Of a DNA stretch of 64,000 nucleotides, positions 55,552 to 64,000 are shown one piece after another. Origin of the DNA: Clostridia bacterium (GTDB lineage: Bacteria; Bacillota; Clostridia; Oscillospirales; CAG-272). Position 1 is the first letter of the stretch, and the number at the start of each line of letters is the position of its first letter. A program made the position numbers and the translations under genes. The stretch is taken from assembly GCA_017453205.1 (NCBI GenBank), contig JAFTKO010000043.1, forward strand, positions 3,454 to 67,453, in the 5' to 3' direction. The notes beneath the pieces are model-generated. The model saw only the letters and a list, made by a program, of their open reading frames with translations. It was not told where the DNA came from and ran no database searches.

Positions 55552-57378
55552 TCACCGATACAACCACACAGCGCATTTAGATTCTTCGTCCCATGTCTTT
55601 CCTGCAGAGGCATAGTCAACAAGACGTACAGATGTGCCATCGAGCTGTTGCAGCTCTACACAGATCTCATGATCGGGGATTTCGGGACAATCGCAACTAC
55701 GGCTCTCGACCAAACCGTTTTGATCGTACACGATAGGGTGTGCCATATCAGGATCACTGATGCGACGGTCGGAAGCAAGCATGATCGCGCCCCTGCGATA
55801 CGCCGCATACAGATTTTGATTTTCTGCTCCCACGGGCGGAAGAATACGCGCCACCGTCATGTCAAGCGTCAACACGATCGTATCGCCGTTCTTCCAAATC
55901 CGCGTCACAGTTACGTAGCCGTTTTGTGTGGAATGTACTTCCCCGTTTACGGTCAGACCTGCCTTGCGGCACCACGCGGGGATGCGCAAGGTGAGGGCAA
56001 ACCGCTCCTCGCTTTCAAGCGATAGCTTCACCGCAACCTTTCCGTCATACGGATAGGCGGTATCAATAGCGAGATGTAAGGGCTTTCCGCTCGGCGTGGT
56101 TGTATCGATATTGCCCGGCAGATAGAAATTCAACACCACACCATGTTCCGAGCGCATACATGCGTTCTGTAGCATCACGCCGATGCCTGCCGCGCCGATA
56201 CAGGCGCAACAACCATAAAAGCTACCGTCACCAAAGGATTGGTAGCCCCCCACCTTGCGTCCGCGTGTTCCTGCGGTCAAAGGGCTGTAGCTGTCAAACG
56301 GCAAGAATTGGGGGATATCCATTTCAGGCTGCTCCTCACTGACCACTTTTTTGTGATGCGTATTGAGACAGCCGAGATAGGCATTGTAAAAGCTCTGTTC
56401 GATTTGATCTGCGTACGTCGCATCTCCCGAAAGCTTTAGGAGTGCGGCACAAAGCTTCATCAACGTAACCGTTACGCAGGTTTCCTGCATAATGCCCGGA
56501 TAATCGTTTTTGGTTTGCATCACCGACGTGTGATCGAACAATTCGTGCGTACAACCCGAACACCCGATCACGCTGACCTCGGTTTCCAAAACTTTTTTCC
56601 CGAAATTGAGCGCGGCAATCTTATAGATCTCGATTCCCGTCACCTCGTAGTAGGCGATTAAGCCCTCAAAGCAAGACATGATCTCATACGCCTTCACCGA
56701 AGGATATTCAAACGGAATACGAACATCCTCCAGCGCACGCTTGATGAGATTTCCATCCAAACAGAAGCCGCGATCTACGATATACGACGCAAAATCGAGA
56801 TATTTTTGCACGCCCGTCAAACGGTAGAGTCGCACCATCGGCTCCAGAATGGAGGAAGAATTGACCGCACCCCAAGCTCGTGAGGTGCGTAAAATATCCA
56901 ATTTTCCTTTCTCCGAACCGATCTTATCCAAAATATAATCGGCATGACGGCACATGGCGGCAACAATCCGCTCTTTGAGCAAACCATCTCGGCAAATCTC
57001 AAGAAAATATTGGAAGCCAAGAAGCACATACTTGCGGCACCACATATCCCAACCGTTAAATTCCAATTCTACGGTGTAGGTCGAAAACCTGCCCAACTCG
57101 TCCTGCGTTGTCAAAAGATCATGTACACTGTCCTCCAGTACGCGATATAATTCATCATCGTGAGTACAGGATTGGATCATGCACGCCCCGCGCATCATCT
57201 TCCCCCAATATTCACCTCTCCACGCCCTTTTTTTTCCGTCGGGACGAATACGGAACTGCTCCACGCATTTCCGCCACAGTGCCACGTCCATAATTTGATT
57301 TTCTTTGATAAATGTGATAGCCTTTGCCAACGCTCCCTTAAGGTCGGCATAGCAGATAGTCTCTCTCTCCAAAACCAT
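55552..57378 (-). CDS. GH127-like (DUF1680) glycoside hydrolase
   Basis: QETCVTV (E-x-C metal/acid motif context) and a downstream GCCACIG Cys cluster. Size ~610 aa. GGAGG is the RBS. Confidence 0.5.
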   Translation of the reverse strand: MVLERETICYADLKGALAKAITFIKENQIMDVALWRKCVEQFRIRPDGKKRAWRGEYWGKMMRGACMIQSCTHDDELYRVLEDSVHDLLTTQDELGRFSTYTVELEFNGWDMWCRKYVLLGFQYFLEICRDGLLKERIVAAMCRHADYILDKIGSEKGKLDILRTSRAWGAVNSSSILEPMVRLYRLTGVQKYLDFASYIVDRGFCLDGNLIKRALEDVRIPFEYPSVKAYEIMSCFEGLIAYYEVTGIEIYKIAALNFGKKVLETEVSVIGCSGCTHELFDHTSVMQTKNDYPGIMQETCVTVTLMKLCAALLKLSGDATYADQIEQSFYNAYLGCLNTHHKKVVSEEQPEMDIPQFLPFDSYSPLTAGTRGRKVGGYQSFGDGSFYGCCACIGAAGIGVMLQNACMRSEHGVVLNFYLPGNIDTTTPSGKPLHLAIDTAYPYDGKVAVKLSLESEERFALTLRIPAWCRKAGLTVNGEVHSTQNGYVTVTRIWKNGDTIVLTLDMTVARILPPVGAENQNLYAAYRRGAIMLASDRRISDPDMAHPIVYDQNGLVESRSCDCPEIPDHEICVELQQLDGTSVRLVDYASAGKTWDEESKCAVWLYR

Positions 57379-57407
57379 TTTAAAACCTCCGAATGATATG
57401 CTTTCGT

Positions 57408-59168
57408 TTATTGCTTGATCGGGCATAACTCTATGCTTCCCGATGCAGGAACCCTCAACAACGCCACCGCAGTATTTGAAAAAGCCCCCTTGTCTAAGCA
57501 GTTGCCAAGACAATCGAATATTTTATAATCAAAGCCCAGTGCAGAGTTAGCCAAAATCGTGACATTTTCATCCGTAGTAGCATTGAACAGGCGATAGCTG
57601 TTATTCTCTTGTACCTCAAACGGTACGGACAGATAGCGCACGGCAACCGCTTTGTGATCCTTTTGTGCCATGACCATGCTATAGCACACATCGGGATCCT
57701 TTACAATCAGCTTGCCTTCAAGTAACACATCACGATGCTTACGCCAGAACGACAGGAAATATGCCAACAGCTGCCTGTGATCTTCTTTCAGCTCGGGAAT
57801 ACGAAGGGAAATCTGGGGGACACCAAATATCACCGCCAAAAGCTGCGCCGCAGCCGCTTCATTGGTTTCATCATGATGCCACATGATCATATCCGAGTGA
57901 ACCGCAGTACTGCCCGAAATCAAACGCAGATCAATAATACCGTTGCGGTTGGATTGCGTGTCATTTGGACAGTCTGCCACGCGCAACATATTGCCGTATT
58001 TGCGGATCGTAGGACCGACGTAGGTCTGTCGGAACTCGATTAGGATCTCGGGATTGATCGCGCGAAGTTTTTCCATCACCTCACGCAACAATGTTTCCAC
58101 ACCGTTTTCTAAGGATACGTTTCCATCATCAAAGGTCTTCCCCACCGATATTTCGGAAAGCGAGAAAGCATCAATAAAATCTAATTTCAAGCCGTCAAGA
58201 CCGTAGTTTTTGACAGCGTTCACATAAATATCGGAAAGATAATCGCGTACCTTTTTATAGCGCGGATCAAGCACCATCACCGTTCTGTTGCGCGCCGCCG
58301 AACAGAGATACATATCCTCAAACTCAGCATACGCCCTCGAATGGATCCCCACGTAAGGTACCGAAAACCATAGCATCACTTTCATGCCGATTGCATGCAG
58401 GTCATCCACCAGCTTCTTCAGATCGGGAATTTTTCCTTTTGCAAGCTCCCAATCCCCGCAGTATTCGTAGCCGCGGTGATTATCGTCGGTTTGCCAACCA
58501 TCATCAATAATCACGGTATCCATACCAAGGGCTTTGGATGCCTTACATTCCGCGAGAATCGATGCGGGATCAAGCTCTTGATGAAAGGAATACCAAAGAG
58601 AATCCACGGGCAGCTTGGCTGCGTCGGGGATGTACGCTTCGGCAAAGCCGAGATCGTCACACCACCACTTTTCCACGTCGGCAAGTGCATCGTAAAAAGG
58701 AATGTCGCGTTGATCGACCCGCACTGTGATCTCATAAGAATCCAAGGGACTGACCAACTGTGTAAAAAGATCGATCCTAAATTCAAGCTCCGCCGTTTCC
58801 TCCAAAACACCGCACCCGATCGTACAAGGCATTTGCGCATCGGATAGTGCTACCGTAACGCGATTATTTCCACCCTTCGAGAGCATAGACAGAACAGGAG
58901 CGCCTGATGCCAAACGAGAAGCAGCCGTCAGCTTGCGCCAATTGGGCGCAACATTGCGCACAGTTCCCCCCACAGGCCGCCATGTACTGAACACGTCCAC
59001 ACACGGAGCAGTAAAGGTAAATGTTGCCTTATCGGGAGTAATACATGAATCGAATGCAAATAAAATGCGCACAAGTGTAATTCCCGTCCCCCCACTCTCG
59101 GAAGTCACGGATATGTTGCTTGCTTGATTCTTTTTTTTGCAAATTAAAACGGGACGTTCAAACATCAT
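57408..59168 (-). CDS. Clan GH-D (GH36-like) alpha-galactosidase-type hydrolase
   Basis: DTVIIDDGWQTDDNHRGYEYCGDW, GMKVMLWFSVPY, GLKLDFID. Confidence 0.55.
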   Translation of the reverse strand: MMFERPVLICKKKNQASNISVTSESGGTGITLVRILFAFDSCITPDKATFTFTAPCVDVFSTWRPVGGTVRNVAPNWRKLTAASRLASGAPVLSMLSKGGNNRVTVALSDAQMPCTIGCGVLEETAELEFRIDLFTQLVSPLDSYEITVRVDQRDIPFYDALADVEKWWCDDLGFAEAYIPDAAKLPVDSLWYSFHQELDPASILAECKASKALGMDTVIIDDGWQTDDNHRGYEYCGDWELAKGKIPDLKKLVDDLHAIGMKVMLWFSVPYVGIHSRAYAEFEDMYLCSAARNRTVMVLDPRYKKVRDYLSDIYVNAVKNYGLDGLKLDFIDAFSLSEISVGKTFDDGNVSLENGVETLLREVMEKLRAINPEILIEFRQTYVGPTIRKYGNMLRVADCPNDTQSNRNGIIDLRLISGSTAVHSDMIMWHHDETNEAAAAQLLAVIFGVPQISLRIPELKEDHRQLLAYFLSFWRKHRDVLLEGKLIVKDPDVCYSMVMAQKDHKAVAVRYLSVPFEVQENNSYRLFNATTDENVTILANSALGFDYKIFDCLGNCLDKGAFSNTAVALLRVPASGSIELCPIKQ

Positions 59169-59174
59169 TTCACC

Positions 59175-60356
59175 TCAATCAGAAAAAGTCTTTTGTGTCA
59201 ACGAAATGTCTTTTATGCCATCGTCTGCAAGGATCACCCTTTTCACTTGCATTTTTTTCAACAAAAAGTCATTTGGTGCCAACGCCCAATCCTCGCCCCG
59301 AATACGTCCGTACTTATCGTTGGATGTGGAATAAATAACCGTGTGGGGATCAATCAAGTCGTACAAATCGGGAGTTCCTCCACTATCGCCGTGATGGGGA
59401 ACCTGCAAAATATCACTTTTCATATATTCCCGCATATTGTTTTGCAGCAAAGAAGAACGGGAACGCGTTTGAATGTCACCGGTCACCAACAGTGTTGTGC
59501 CATCAGGGGATGTAATTTTGGTGATTGTGGAAGCATCGTTAAAGCAGGTGACAGGTAACGGAAGGATATCCTGATGTGTAAAAAGCACCTCAATACGAAC
59601 GTTTTGAAATTGAAACTTCATGCCCGTGTAAGGAATCAGCTTCGTTGCATCTGCATAGTAGAGGTCTATCAATTCGGACACCGTAGCCAAGTAATCTTTT
59701 CCTTCTCCGCAATGATTTACGGGATTGAGCAGGAAGTACTTTACCTTAACAAGATCGTGATATTTCTTTAAAAACCATACAAATGCACCATAATGATCCT
59801 CATGTCCGTGTGTAATGATCCACGCTGTAATGCAAATGCCATCGGTACGGGTATTCCTTTGCGTTAGGAAATTCAGTATGCGATCGGCATCGCTTTCCAG
59901 GAAGCCGCCGTCGTATATCACAAAACTACCGTCATCAAGTGTCAAAACCAGTCCAAGTCCATTATCGTGACTGGGTTGAAGCTCATAGGACATATTCAGT
60001 ACGGAAAGCGTAGGAGCAGTGTTCGACGTAAAATTAAGTTCCTCCGCCAACGGATATGCACTACGTGGGGAAACAACGGCACGTAGGCGATGCTCGGAAT
60101 CTGTATAATATACGTAAATGTCCAACTCTCCCACCGAAAACAGTCGGTACAGATTGTTCAAAATGCGATTTTCGTAACGCCGTTGTCCGTTTAAATAGGA
60201 ACAAAACTCCTCGTACAAGGAAAGCCCCGCGTTTTCGGCAATCAACTCCAAAGCCTCACCATATAAGGAAAACACTCTCGCACTTACGCCATGCGCGGTT
60301 TCCAACCACGCAAACGCCTCGTCAATGATTTTACGGATTTGCTCCGATGATTTCAT
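59175..60356 (-). CDS. ComEC-type MBL-fold hydrolase (standalone, cytoplasmic)
   Basis: ITHGHEDHYGAF and VPHHGDSGG. Paralogue of 63108..>64000. ATGA-type overlap with the upstream GH gene. Confidence 0.6.
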   Translation of the reverse strand: MKSSEQIRKIIDEAFAWLETAHGVSARVFSLYGEALELIAENAGLSLYEEFCSYLNGQRRYENRILNNLYRLFSVGELDIYVYYTDSEHRLRAVVSPRSAYPLAEELNFTSNTAPTLSVLNMSYELQPSHDNGLGLVLTLDDGSFVIYDGGFLESDADRILNFLTQRNTRTDGICITAWIITHGHEDHYGAFVWFLKKYHDLVKVKYFLLNPVNHCGEGKDYLATVSELIDLYYADATKLIPYTGMKFQFQNVRIEVLFTHQDILPLPVTCFNDASTITKITSPDGTTLLVTGDIQTRSRSSLLQNNMREYMKSDILQVPHHGDSGGTPDLYDLIDPHTVIYSTSNDKYGRIRGEDWALAPNDFLLKKMQVKRVILADDGIKDISLTQKTFSD

Positions 60357-63088
60357 ACTTTATCCTCATTTCCGTTTTGCTTGGCGAAAAGCCCAACCTC
60401 GGCAAAACAATAGTTTTCGTCCCAAATCGGTTCAAGATTCCAAAAGCTCTTGTCCTTCTGAAAGCTACCCGGACGGGTATAGATCGGCTCCTCACCACAG
60501 TGGTGAGGCCCCAGAAGATTGCGCAGATTGTTGGTCAGCGTAAGCGCGATGCGGTTTCTGCCCTCGGTCAAATGCGGTGTCAACTCCATCGAAAGAGGCT
60601 CCCACATCAGTTTACCAAGCTCTCCCCCATTCAGCTTGACCTCGACACAGTTCACGCCCCGCTTTTCAAAGGCAAGGTAAAGATCCTCGCCGCTCCAATC
60701 AAATTCCTTTTCCAAGGTCATACTGCCCGCAAAGAACGGAAACCCTTGACGCTCTAAATTCGTGAGCCGTACATATGTTGTCGGCGCGGTCAGTGTAAAA
60801 TTCCCCGCCGTAATCGCCGCATTGCGTTCAGTCTCGTTCCATGCTCCGTTGCATCTGATTCCGAACGCTCCCACCAGATAGAAGTTTTCCAGCTCTCTCT
60901 CACAGGTAAAGCGGTTCTTTTCCACCTCAAACAGATACGCCTTTCGAATATTTTCATAGGTCTTTTGCGACTGTGCAAAATCCATTTCTGCTTCGATAAC
61001 GTTTTCACCGATCTTGAAGCAATCGGCAATATCAAGTTTGCGGAAGGAACGGTCAACAAAATATCCTCGATCGGTCTTATCGATCGGCTTTCCGTTGCAG
61101 GTAAGCGTGTAGAAGTCGGGCGTTTCAGTTACCAGATACAGTGCTTTCGGTTTATAGTCTGCTTGTACGCGGAACTGCAATTTTACACGCACCGGACGCT
61201 CCAAAGCCAGTGCCTTGTGCATCACGCTCAATACATATTCATTCTCACCCTGCTTCTCGCCGTCAAACCAATAGTCGCACTTGTCCAGCGTCATGGCGTT
61301 TTCATCCATGCCTGTGATCTTCCACTCACCGCCGAGATCAAGAACGGCAGTATTCTTTTTCTCGCTTTTCTCGTTTTTCACGTGCTCTGCGCCGGTGTCA
61401 AGGATCAAAAGACTTTCGTAGGGTGCAAACGTATAATTTCCGTCAAACGGCTCCGTATCGCCGGTTTCGGGATGGATACGGATATTTCCTTTTGTGACGT
61501 ACGCCCTTTGCTCCGTTGGATTGCTGTTGACAAAATAATAGATCTTTTGATCTTCAAAAATCCGCTCGGTATAGGTAATATTGGGATTATCGACAACCGT
61601 ATTTGCGGGAAGCTCCTCCGCCGTAACGATCTGACCGCCGTTTTTGCGGTACTCGTTAAGCAGACGCTCGGTGTTCTCAAACAGACGAAGGTATCGCGGC
61701 AACACAATCTTGGTATAGCGTTGCTTCCCGATGACAAGCGATTTACCGTCCACGTACGCGTGACGCTCCATGATCGTTTCATCTCCGAGATGAAACAGAA
61801 CGTGCTTTTGCTCCAGCATACGAATAACGGACAGCAGATCATGGTTTAATTCGTCCAAGCCTTCATTGGTAAGGCTGTCAAAGAGCAACCATGCGCTCGA
61901 TTGCGGATGGAGCAGCAACGTATCGTACTTCACTTCTCCCTCGGTCAGAATCTTTCCAATGCGCGAAACAGTGTCGTTAAACAAACGGTAGTGCTTCCAC
62001 CACGGCTGTTGATAGTTGAGTGCAGGCGGGTAATCACGCTTACGCAGTCCGCGCAAAGAGTAGCCGCTCAGATGCTGGCACAACAGCGTGATACCGTGTA
62101 CCATTTGCCACTCGTAAAGTCCCTTTAACTCGTCATGACCTACGTTGTGACCGCATCCCGCAAAGGTTTCGGAAAGGATCTGCTTTTGCCCCAGCTGGTG
62201 CGCAACCGACGATACCTGCAAGGGGGTTAGGCACTCCTTAATGGGCTTGCCGAGCCAATCCATGCCGGGGATATCAAAATACTCGTAATGCGGCATGATT
62301 GCACCGTGACAGAGAAGCTGTGATTGCAACGTCTCCTCGCAGAGCAGATGCCCAGTTAGGCGCAGACCGTTTGCATGGCAAAAATCCTGCACCTGCTTCA
62401 TGTAGCTTTCGGAAAACAGATCGGTGATCAGCTTCCAAAAATGAAAGCGTGTGGCTTGATAATCTCCCACGGGATAGAAAATCTCGTGCAGATGCTCTTC
62501 CAAACGCACGCCGTAACGCTTGAAATAAGCATCGGGCAATACAAAGCTCCATGGCATCGAATAGCGTGAAACCTGCGGCTCATCGGTAAAGAAGCCCTCG
62601 ATCTCGTGTCCGTATTTGTCCACGTAGGGTTGATAGATGCTATCGATAAAAAGTTTGACGACTTTTGCATCCATGGTATCGACGTAAAAAGGGTTAACCT
62701 CGTAATAAAGATGGTAACCGCCCACATGCGTGATCGTGGTACTGCAGGTGCGGTCGCCTTCCTCGATACGGAGATATTTGAGCTGATACTCCTCACCCAT
62801 ACCGCTGACGATGCCGCCGCCAAAGCCGCTGGGCCAACCGTCCTCGTCATATACCCATGGGTGCATACCGCGTTCGCTTGCGGTGTTGATCGACGCGCGG
62901 ATATTGTCATGCCATTCTTCACCCATATATTTGGTTTGAAGGCCGCCGCGTGCGTGCATAAAAAAGCCTCCGATGCCCGCCTCGCCCATGAGACGAATTT
63001 GACGTGCCGTCTCCTCTGTGTCCAACTTCTCGTTCCAAGACCAGAACGGAATCGGACGGTATTTGTTTTCTATTGTTTTGAAATCCAT
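60353..63088 (-). CDS. Large (911 aa) glycoside hydrolase; TIM-barrel-like N-terminus plus beta-sandwich domains; family uncertain
   Basis: RPIPFWSWNEKLDTEE...GIGGFFMHARGGLQTKYMGEEW, a pattern seen in uncharacterised GH106/GH2-like enzymes. No signal peptide. Confidence 0.45.
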   Translation of the reverse strand: MDFKTIENKYRPIPFWSWNEKLDTEETARQIRLMGEAGIGGFFMHARGGLQTKYMGEEWHDNIRASINTASERGMHPWVYDEDGWPSGFGGGIVSGMGEEYQLKYLRIEEGDRTCSTTITHVGGYHLYYEVNPFYVDTMDAKVVKLFIDSIYQPYVDKYGHEIEGFFTDEPQVSRYSMPWSFVLPDAYFKRYGVRLEEHLHEIFYPVGDYQATRFHFWKLITDLFSESYMKQVQDFCHANGLRLTGHLLCEETLQSQLLCHGAIMPHYEYFDIPGMDWLGKPIKECLTPLQVSSVAHQLGQKQILSETFAGCGHNVGHDELKGLYEWQMVHGITLLCQHLSGYSLRGLRKRDYPPALNYQQPWWKHYRLFNDTVSRIGKILTEGEVKYDTLLLHPQSSAWLLFDSLTNEGLDELNHDLLSVIRMLEQKHVLFHLGDETIMERHAYVDGKSLVIGKQRYTKIVLPRYLRLFENTERLLNEYRKNGGQIVTAEELPANTVVDNPNITYTERIFEDQKIYYFVNSNPTEQRAYVTKGNIRIHPETGDTEPFDGNYTFAPYESLLILDTGAEHVKNEKSEKKNTAVLDLGGEWKITGMDENAMTLDKCDYWFDGEKQGENEYVLSVMHKALALERPVRVKLQFRVQADYKPKALYLVTETPDFYTLTCNGKPIDKTDRGYFVDRSFRKLDIADCFKIGENVIEAEMDFAQSQKTYENIRKAYLFEVEKNRFTCERELENFYLVGAFGIRCNGAWNETERNAAITAGNFTLTAPTTYVRLTNLERQGFPFFAGSMTLEKEFDWSGEDLYLAFEKRGVNCVEVKLNGGELGKLMWEPLSMELTPHLTEGRNRIALTLTNNLRNLLGPHHCGEEPIYTRPGSFQKDKSFWNLEPIWDENYCFAEVGLFAKQNGNEDKV

Positions 63089-63107
63089 AATAGCTCCCTT
63101 ATCGTGT

Positions 63108-64000
63108 TTATTTCAAATTGATCATTTGAAGCGTTCCGTCGGCAACAGTATAATTTGTTCCAACGATTTCCCAAAGTGTCGCGTTGGGCGCATACTGACT
63201 GTTATATCCTTCCTGCAATTGCTCAAATTTTGTATTCGAGGTACAATAAACGGCATATGACGGATCGATTACTTGATACAATGCAACGGTTCCGCCACTG
63301 TCTCCGTGGTGAGGCACCTGCAAAATATCGCTCTTAAGATAATCCCCGTAGGAATTTACCAGCATCTCCGAGGGCTTATAGGTTGCCATATCCTGAATAT
63401 CTCCCGTAACCAAAACGCTCTTGCCCCCGTCCACGGTGACGCGGGAAACGATACTACAATCATTGAGTGTAGTCAGTGCGTTAGGTTGATAATCCTCATG
63501 CGTGTAGAGAATCTCAACCTGCATATTTTGGAAATAGAGCTTCATTCCCGTGTGTACGGTATAAAGTCGGCTTCCTGCAAAATTCTTTGCCAACTCGCTT
63601 CCCAACGTTACCAAGGGATCGCTCTCTTCCGCATTGATCACGGGATTGTAATAAAAGCCGGTTACCGTTATCTTGTCATTGTAAAGCGTCATAAATTGCG
63701 CAAGTCCACCGTAGTGATCGTCATGCCCGTGCGTGATGAACCACCCCTCAATCACAATCTTTCCATCCTTGCGTTGATTGTTCGCCGCAAGATAATTATA
63801 GAGATTCACCGCGTCGTTTGCGTTGTAGCCACTGTCATAGATCAGATAACTGCCGTCGTCAAGCGTAAAGATCAAGCCCATACCGTTATCCTGTGCAGGC
63901 TGATTCGCATAGTCCATATTCAAGATCGCGAGCTTGGGATCGTTCGTTCCACCGACCGCCTGCGCACCAAAATTCTCGGGCAGGTGAGCGTCCTCTATGT
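63108..64000 (-). CDS. ComEC-type MBL-fold hydrolase, 5' end outside window
   Basis: ITHGHDDHYGGL and VPHHGDSGG. The frame stays open past 63923 to the window edge and keeps aligning with the paralogue (GGTNDPKLAILNMDYANQP versus SNTAPTLSVLNMSYELQP). Confidence 0.6.
   Translation of the reverse strand, partial: IEDAHLPENFGAQAVGGTNDPKLAILNMDYANQPAQDNGMGLIFTLDDGSYLIYDSGYNANDAVNLYNYLAANNQRKDGKIVIEGWFITHGHDDHYGGLAQFMTLYNDKITVTGFYYNPVINAEESDPLVTLGSELAKNFAGSRLYTVHTGMKLYFQNMQVEILYTHEDYQPNALTTLNDCSIVSRVTVDGGKSVLVTGDIQDMATYKPSEMLVNSYGDYLKSDILQVPHHGDSGGTVALYQVIDPSYAVYCTSNTKFEQLQEGYNSQYAPNATLWEIVGTNYTVADGTLQMINLK

Noticed and set aside
1-64000. CRISPR arrays, tRNA or rRNA genes, recognisable riboswitches
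   Set aside because: By eye I found no regularly spaced direct repeats, no cloverleaf-like segments in the intergenic regions, and no leader matching a riboswitch class I can recognise. A proper scan (tRNAscan-SE, Infernal/Rfam, a CRISPR finder) should confirm this.

Overview
This looks like a chromosomal segment of a spore-forming Firmicute, probably a Clostridia-type gut anaerobe. That is inferred from spoVT, holB-ricT(yaaT) synteny, a clostridial 2x[4Fe-4S] ferredoxin and many cytoplasmic and secreted glycan hydrolases. By eye I found no rRNA, tRNA or CRISPR array. There are four blocks. (1) 1-12.8 kb is a visibly AT-rich integrated element whose left end lies outside the window. It carries a translationally coupled SNF2-helicase / small ORF / DUF4391-like / HEPN / Mod methyltransferase / HEPN-like / Res operon (a Type III-like R-M with extra parts), an Abi-alpha-like gene, a YjbR-like gene and a promoter-hairpin-terminator sRNA candidate. 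At its right edge is a large serine recombinase whose ORF runs in frame into a 5'-truncated spoVT, so the element splits a sporulation regulator; this is the main finding. (2) 13.3-21.8 kb is GC-rich housekeeping DNA: DUF378, a class-3 lipase, holB, ricT, ferredoxin, a TrmN6-like methyltransferase, a TtcA-like protein and ygiQ. A MITE-like inverted-repeat element sits upstream of ygiQ. (3) 21.8-46 kb holds carbohydrate genes (GH27, GH36, ribokinase, GH29). It also holds a 14-kb minus-strand cluster of secreted or lipoprotein EEP phosphodiesterases, GDPD enzymes, SGNH esterases, an M20 amidohydrolase and an orphan solute-binding protein, with an unannotated 45-codon ORF inside it. (4) 46-64 kb has LysR and AraC regulators, an oxidoreductase/MBL operon, and a cytoplasmic glycoside-hydrolase cluster interleaved with two ComEC-type MBL paralogues. 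Family names come from motif recognition by eye, not from database searches.
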